DNA from: Thermoplasma sp.
Lineage (GTDB): Archaea > Thermoplasmatota > Thermoplasmata > Thermoplasmatales > Thermoplasmataceae
NCBI RefSeq assembly: GCF_023256435.1
Contig: NZ_JAGDXM010000032.1
Span: 3,617 to 67,616, forward strand
Length of the DNA: 64,000 bases
Reading direction: 5' to 3'
This document shows, piece by piece, positions 58,883 through 64,000 of the stretch (the stretch's first letter is position 1; each line of letters starts with the position of its first letter). The position numbers and the translations under genes are program-made. The notes under the pieces were generated by a model, which had not been told where the DNA came from, did no database searches, and was given only the letters and a program-made list of their open reading frames with translations.

Positions 58883-60979
58883 ATGATATCATCGGAAGTT
58901 TCTGTGGACAGGGTTAAGGATCTGTGGAGAGATTTCTTCAGATCATATGGATATTCCGACGAGATAAACAGGATCCACCAGGAATATCCAGAGGTCAGGA
59001 CCCTGTATGTATCGTTCAAGGATCTGGAAGACTTCAACTGGCAGTTTGCCGGATCGATACTCGTATCGCCAGAAATATACCTGAAAGCAGGTGAGGAGGT
59101 TATACTGCAGGATTACCTGCTCGACAGGGTAACTCAGAGATTCAACATCTTCAACCTGAGGCTCAAGGATCTAGAGGAGAAGAATGTTGCATACCGAATA
59201 CGCGATATCAGAAGCGCCAACATAGGGACGCTCATAAGCGTATCAGGGATAGTTAGGAAGAACACAGAAGTCTTTCCAAAGCTCAAAAACGCCGCATTTG
59301 AATGCAGCAACTGCCATGGGCTGACGTACGTTGATCAGACCGAGAACAGGCTCAGCGAGCCTCAAATATGCGAGCACTGCGGCCTTTCAAAGGTAAAGGA
59401 CAAAATATTCTTCAAGTTGAGACCAAATCTTTCTGAATTCATAGACGTACAGAAGGTTGAGATACAAGAGGATCCCGAGACTCTGGAGGGTGGATCACAG
59501 CCTCAGCGTATAACCATCATAACTGAGGACGATCTTGCTGGCCTGCTTTTTCCTGGAAACCGCGTCGTGGTGGATGGAATACTGAAGACTGAACAGCGCA
59601 GGCAAGGGAATATACCTCTGACAGAATTCTTCACCTATCTCTATGCCGTCAACATAAGGAAGGATGTCAAGGAACTTGAAAGCGTAAAGATAACTGAGGA
59701 GGACAAGAAGAAGATCATTGAAATTTCGAAGAAGCCGGACATAATAAACGTAATATCAAGATCCATAGCGCCTACGATTCACGGTCTGGACATGGTAAAG
59801 ATGGCGCTTGCCCTTCAGATGTTCGGGGGTGTGCGCAAGGTTATGAAGGACGGAACAACGATGCGCGGAGACATACATATACTTATGGTCGGAGATCCAG
59901 GTACAGCAAAATCACAGCTACTGAAATACATGGCCGAGGTCTCACCTAGAGGCATATTTACATTCGGGCGCGGTTCTAGTGCTGCAGGTCTGACTGCAGC
60001 CGCTGTCAGAGACGAATTTGGTGAGGGGAGATGGACACTGGAAGCTGGCGCACTCGTTCTGGCAGATAATGGCTTCGTAGCCATCGATGAGCTTGACAAG
60101 ATGGACGAACACGACACCGCAGCAATGCACGAGGCCATGGAGCAGCAAACCGTGACCATATCCAAGGCAGGGATAATGGCAACGCTCAAAGCGCGCGCCT
60201 CGGTTCTGGCTGCGGCGAATCCCAAGTTCGGAAGATACGATCTCAACAGGAATCTGGCGGAACAAATAAATTTTCCACTGCCTCTACTATCAAGGTTCGA
60301 TGTGATATTCAAGATGGTAGACCAACCGAACAAGGACAATGACAGTCGATTAGCTGAGCATGTTCTTAAAGCACACAGGATCGGCGAAATATACAGAAGC
60401 ATCGAACATAGCGATACCGATGTGGAGATAGATGAGCGCGGGTTCGAACCAGAAATAGATAAGGATACGCTGAGGAAATACGTGGCATACGCAAGAAATA
60501 ACATATTCCCCAGGCTCAGTGATGAGGCAATAGCCATTCTTCAGGATCAGTACGTTAAGACGAGGAGCATGACGCATGATGCAATCCCCATCACGGTCAG
60601 ACAGTTGGAATCGACTGTCAGGCTTGCTGAAGCTGCAGCGAGGGCAAGGCTTTCGACCATAGTTACAGTTGAGGATGCCATGCTTGCTAAGAAGATCGTG
60701 GACTACTATCTAATGGACGTGTCCATGGACAATGGAAAGATGGATATCGACATCATATATACAGGTGCAAGCTCCAAGCAGAGGAATGATATGGAGACAG
60801 TACTGGACATAATAAAGCAGATAAAGGCAGAAAAGGGTGTGGCCGAAGTATCCGATGTGATAAACACCGCCATGAGCAAGGGCATGCAGCAGAAGAAGGC
60901 AGAGGAAGCGCTGCTCAAGCTCAAAAATGCAGGTCAGATATTCGAGAGATCCTACGGAAAGATAGATGTGATAAGTTGA
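58883..60979 (+). CDS. mcm: MCM replicative helicase
   Basis: Zn finger 'CSNCHG...CEHCG', Walker A 'GDPGTAKS', Walker B 'IDELDKM' and Arg finger 'SRFD'. 698 aa, no intein. Confidence 0.95.
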   Translation: MISSEVSVDRVKDLWRDFFRSYGYSDEINRIHQEYPEVRTLYVSFKDLEDFNWQFAGSILVSPEIYLKAGEEVILQDYLLDRVTQRFNIFNLRLKDLEEKNVAYRIRDIRSANIGTLISVSGIVRKNTEVFPKLKNAAFECSNCHGLTYVDQTENRLSEPQICEHCGLSKVKDKIFFKLRPNLSEFIDVQKVEIQEDPETLEGGSQPQRITIITEDDLAGLLFPGNRVVVDGILKTEQRRQGNIPLTEFFTYLYAVNIRKDVKELESVKITEEDKKKIIEISKKPDIINVISRSIAPTIHGLDMVKMALALQMFGGVRKVMKDGTTMRGDIHILMVGDPGTAKSQLLKYMAEVSPRGIFTFGRGSSAAGLTAAAVRDEFGEGRWTLEAGALVLADNGFVAIDELDKMDEHDTAAMHEAMEQQTVTISKAGIMATLKARASVLAAANPKFGRYDLNRNLAEQINFPLPLLSRFDVIFKMVDQPNKDNDSRLAEHVLKAHRIGEIYRSIEHSDTDVEIDERGFEPEIDKDTLRKYVAYARNNIFPRLSDEAIAILQDQYVKTRSMTHDAIPITVRQLESTVRLAEAAARARLSTIVTVEDAMLAKKIVDYYLMDVSMDNGKMDIDIIYTGASSKQRNDMETVLDIIKQIKAEKGVAEVSDVINTAMSKGMQQKKAEEALLKLKNAGQIFERSYGKIDVIS

Positions 60980-60987
60980 AGATCGTG

Positions 60988-61278
60988 ATGAAGATCAGCG
61001 AGGTACGCGGTGAGGTTTTGCTTGCGGCGGCCGATGCTGATATCCTCGGAAAAAAATTCAGGGAGAAGAATCTGCATATAGAGATCTATCCATCATTCTA
61101 TGGAGAGGTAAGGGTCACCGATGAGATGTTTCTATCATCACTCAATATGTGCACCATAGCGAACCTTGTTGGCGAATACACGATTGGCCTGGCCATAGAT
61201 GCAGGATTCATAGACCGAGAGAACATACTGTATATACAGAAGATCCCGTATGCGCAGTATGCCAAGATATTCCAGTGA
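60988..61278 (+). CDS. DUF424-like small archaeal protein
   Basis: 'GEVLLAAADADILGKKF..' and '..IQKIPYAQ' resemble the DUF424 pattern. ATG 60988. The track's TTG 60976 overlaps the mcm stop. Confidence 0.65.
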   Translation: MKISEVRGEVLLAAADADILGKKFREKNLHIEIYPSFYGEVRVTDEMFLSSLNMCTIANLVGEYTIGLAIDAGFIDRENILYIQKIPYAQYAKIFQ

Positions 61279-61952
61279 TGGCGATGATGGCAAAGCATCA
61301 GGCAGTAAAGAAGATATTCGATGAAATATCAACCAAGTACGATCTTATCGATACAATAATAAGCCTCGGCCTGGACCAGCACTGGAGAAAGGTGCTCGTG
61401 AAGCATCTTGATCTCAGCGATGATCTAAGATGCCTTGACTGCGGCGCTGGAAGCGGAAAAGTGACTGAGATGATATACTTTCAGTGCCATGGATGTGAAG
61501 TAACCGCACTGGACATAACAGACAGCATGTTCAACAGTGAGCTGAAAAAATATGTTAGATTTGTTGTATCTCCGGCAGAGAGGCTGCCATTTGAAGATTC
61601 CTCATTCGACCGGGTATCATCCGCCTTCCTGACAAGAAACCTTGCCGATATAGATAGATATTTCTCTGAGGTTTACAGGGTTCTGAAGCGCGGTGGCATC
61701 TTCGTCAATATGGATATTTATAATCCAACCAGACCTGTGATATCTGAGCTCTTTGGAATCTACTTTTACAGATTTGTTCCCTTTCTGGGAAACAAGGCAA
61801 CGGGATCAAAGAATTATACCTATCTTGCCAATACTGTCAGATACTTCCACCGTCCGGAAGTCATAACGCAGAAGCTCGTGGAAAAGGGATTTTCAGTGCA
61901 GTCCATCGATCTCTTCTTTGGTGCGGTTTATCTTCATGTGGCGACTAAATGA
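61278..61952 (+). CDS. UbiE/MenG-type class I SAM methyltransferase
   Basis: 'KIFDEISTKYDLIDTIISLGLDQHWRK' (UbiE-type N-terminal block) and 'LDCGAGSGKV' (motif I). The ATG overlaps the upstream stop (TGATG). The track's extension to 61149 overlaps DUF424. Confidence 0.85.
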   Translation: MAMMAKHQAVKKIFDEISTKYDLIDTIISLGLDQHWRKVLVKHLDLSDDLRCLDCGAGSGKVTEMIYFQCHGCEVTALDITDSMFNSELKKYVRFVVSPAERLPFEDSSFDRVSSAFLTRNLADIDRYFSEVYRVLKRGGIFVNMDIYNPTRPVISELFGIYFYRFVPFLGNKATGSKNYTYLANTVRYFHRPEVITQKLVEKGFSVQSIDLFFGAVYLHVATK

Positions 61953-62002
61953 AAAATGGTGGTTCATAGACTTTAATTAATGTTCATATAATTTAAGCAT
62001 AA

Positions 62003-62833
62003 ATGCTTATATATTGTGCATATATCACATTATTGATGATTAAGAATATCAATATCGATGGAAGTTCTCCGGGTAGATCCACATCGAAGAATTTCGTGAT
62101 GGTTCACTATTCATCAGATCATATATCCACATTCGATATACAGAGGGTATTTTCTCCCAGCATAATCAGGCATGAACTGATATATCTGGACAGGCTGGAA
62201 GTACCGCAAGATCTTTCGACCATCGTCAGCAGATACCGTCTTCGCTTCAGGGGCGATGGCAACGTGATCCGACTCTTTTCGGACGTACCCTTGGTGTTCT
62301 TCATCGCACTCTTTCAGGTCTATTATTCTTCACATAATATAATAACGTTGCAGCACAATGAAGACTGGATGAGATCGGTGATCCTAGCCTCGGAAATGCT
62401 GGGCAGGGATATAGAGATAATCGATGACCGCTCGAATACCGATCAAATATTGAAAAGAGCCATAGAGACCGGATCAAACATAGTCGATCCGATCATGCCA
62501 AATGCGAATGCGCTCTATTTCAGATCCATAGGTTCGATAATCGAGAAACCGGAAGGATCAATAAGAAACATCATATTCGATCCGGACGTTCCTGATTCCA
62601 TCATACCGGTTCTCTCAACCACCATCGAATCTGAAGGTTGCACAATAGCTGCAGAGGGCATCCCACATCCAGCAAAGATACCCATGGCGGCAGGCACGAT
62701 GTATGTGGACGGATTCATGATCGACGGTAGTTACATAGCGGATCCGGCTGTTGTTAGCGCAATAAAGGATGGTAGGGTATCCATAAGGCATGATGCAATT
62801 TCTGGGATCATAGCGGAACGTGATGCGCGATGA
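62003..62833 (+). CDS. Hypothetical protein translationally coupled to trpA (possibly a degenerate fold-type-II PLP-like protein)
   Basis: 276-aa ORF with a 4-nt ATGA overlap with trpA. Only pattern-level resemblance to TrpB/threonine-dehydratase blocks. The start is uncertain (62003, 62036 or 62099). Confidence 0.5.
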   Translation: MLIYCAYITLLMIKNINIDGSSPGRSTSKNFVMVHYSSDHISTFDIQRVFSPSIIRHELIYLDRLEVPQDLSTIVSRYRLRFRGDGNVIRLFSDVPLVFFIALFQVYYSSHNIITLQHNEDWMRSVILASEMLGRDIEIIDDRSNTDQILKRAIETGSNIVDPIMPNANALYFRSIGSIIEKPEGSIRNIIFDPDVPDSIIPVLSTTIESEGCTIAAEGIPHPAKIPMAAGTMYVDGFMIDGSYIADPAVVSAIKDGRVSIRHDAISGIIAERDAR

Positions 62834-63543
62834 AACCCTTTGTCTACTTTACCCTTGGATACAGATATCATATGATCAAGCAGTTCATTCTGAGATCTGA
62901 AGATGTTTACGCCTTTGAGTTCGGTTTTCCCACAGAGAACCCTGTTTACGATGGCATGAAGCTGAGGAGAACGCACGATCCTTCCGTAAACATGTATAAC
63001 GAAAATGAAAACACCGAAGTGTTCAGAATGGCTGATGAGGTTGGATCCAGAAAATACTCCCTTATGTATTATGAAGTCCTGAAATCGAAAGGAACACGGA
63101 TCCTGGACTATCTGAACAGGAACGGATTCGACGGATCGATCATACCGGATCTGATGATCGATCATAAGGATGCATTCTACGAAACTGTGGAACTGCTGAG
63201 GCAGTATTCTCTGGAATACGTTCCGTTCGTCACCCCAATAACTCCCACAAAGATTATGCAGGATCAGATATCAGCTGGTGGAGATTGGATCTATCAGGGA
63301 ATGATGCCGGCCACAGGAGTACAGCTTCCCTACAGCATCGATACCATATATGGGCATATCAAACCTTTCGCGGGCGGAAGGCACATAGTTTATGGATTTG
63401 GCATCAGAGATATGGAGACGATGAGGATGCTGGCAAAATATGATGCATTCGGCATAGCTGTTGGGACAGCCGTGGTTGAGATGATCGATTCCGGGGATAC
63501 TGTTTCCTACAGATCCCTCATTGACATGATTCTGGAGGCATGA
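62830..63543 (+). CDS. trpA: Tryptophan synthase alpha chain
   Basis: 'AFEFGFPTENPVYDGMKL' (ElGiPfSDPvaDGpvI block), 'DGSIIPDLMIDH', 'VYGFGIRD' and 'AFGIAVGTAVVEMI'. 237 aa. Confidence 0.8.
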   Translation: MKPFVYFTLGYRYHMIKQFILRSEDVYAFEFGFPTENPVYDGMKLRRTHDPSVNMYNENENTEVFRMADEVGSRKYSLMYYEVLKSKGTRILDYLNRNGFDGSIIPDLMIDHKDAFYETVELLRQYSLEYVPFVTPITPTKIMQDQISAGGDWIYQGMMPATGVQLPYSIDTIYGHIKPFAGGRHIVYGFGIRDMETMRMLAKYDAFGIAVGTAVVEMIDSGDTVSYRSLIDMILEA

Positions 63544-64000
63544 TGCAGATGTATTACAATTTTCTGACTGGAAAGGCCATGAGCAGGAAAGAAGCCTTTG
63601 ATCTCATGAGGTATATGGCGTCCGATGAATGCAGTGATGCGTACAGGGCTGCTGTCTTGTCCGTCCTTCGCATACGCGGCACCACTGATGATGAGATCTT
63701 GGGATTCTATGATGCAATGCAAAAATACAGCATAAAAAGCGAGGCATCGGACATCGTTGGAACCGGCGGCGACATGGCACACACAATAAACGTCAGCACG
63801 GCTTCTGCAATCGTGGCGGCCTCCTATGGAATCAGGGTGGCAAAATTCGGTAACAGATCGGCCTCCGGTAGCCATGGATCAGCAGACTTCATGATGGAAC
63901 TTGGATACCGCTTTCCCGAGACAATAGGAGATGCACAGCATCTGCTCGATACAAGGGGCTTCGTGTTTATTTACGCGCCTTACTTCCTCAGGGAATTCGC
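63540..64000 (+). CDS. trpD: Anthranilate phosphoribosyltransferase (N-terminal part; continues beyond window)
   Basis: My own translation: 'MMQMYYNFLTGKAMSRKEAFDLM...DIVGTGGDMAHTINVSTASAIVAA..GIRVAKFGNRSASGSHGSADF', with the GTGGD and K(H/F)GNR motifs. The ATG overlaps the trpA stop (ATGA). Confidence 0.9.
   Translation, partial: MMQMYYNFLTGKAMSRKEAFDLMRYMASDECSDAYRAAVLSVLRIRGTTDDEILGFYDAMQKYSIKSEASDIVGTGGDMAHTINVSTASAIVAASYGIRVAKFGNRSASGSHGSADFMMELGYRFPETIGDAQHLLDTRGFVFIYAPYFLREF

Overview
64-kb chromosomal segment of a euryarchaeon. By inference it belongs to the Thermoplasmatales and looks Thermoplasma acidophilum-like. The grounds are archaeal hallmarks (MCM, family-X polymerase, pyruvoyl arginine decarboxylase, archaeal NMN adenylyltransferase, two-subunit 2-oxoacid:ferredoxin oxidoreductase, SMC/ScpA), roughly 45% G+C from hand counts of sample lines, tight gene packing with many 1-17 nt start/stop overlaps, and AT-rich TATA-type upstream regions. 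I support about 58 protein genes and 3 tRNAs (Asn-GTT and Met/Ile-CAT in tandem, plus Asp-GTC). I saw no rRNA, CRISPR array or intact IS/transposase. Core content: leuS, gdhA, carAB, nth, smc/scpA, lysA-type decarboxylase, mcm, the start of a trp cluster (trpA, trpD), aspartate aminotransferase and hydantoinase/oxoprolinase A+B. Accessory or unusual content: (1) a sugar-acid catabolic cluster at 1-6.4 kb containing an AiiA-like lactonase homologue that has lost most metal ligands; (2) a PolX whose PHP domain has lost its metal-binding motifs; (3) a small protein carrying a eukaryote-type RGRPKGS AT-hook; (4) a tRNA-Asp with a tyrosine-integrase remnant, followed by an AT-richer block encoding a bacterial-type QueA homologue translationally coupled to an SDR, plus a diphosphomevalonate-decarboxylase paralogue; (5) a Dam-type (DPPY) methyltransferase with no partner nuclease, next to a ~950-bp stretch of broken ORFs; (6) a 276-aa protein translationally coupled to trpA, in the position usually held by trpB, that looks like a degenerate fold-type-II PLP protein. 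All functional calls come from motif recognition by eye. None has been checked against a database.
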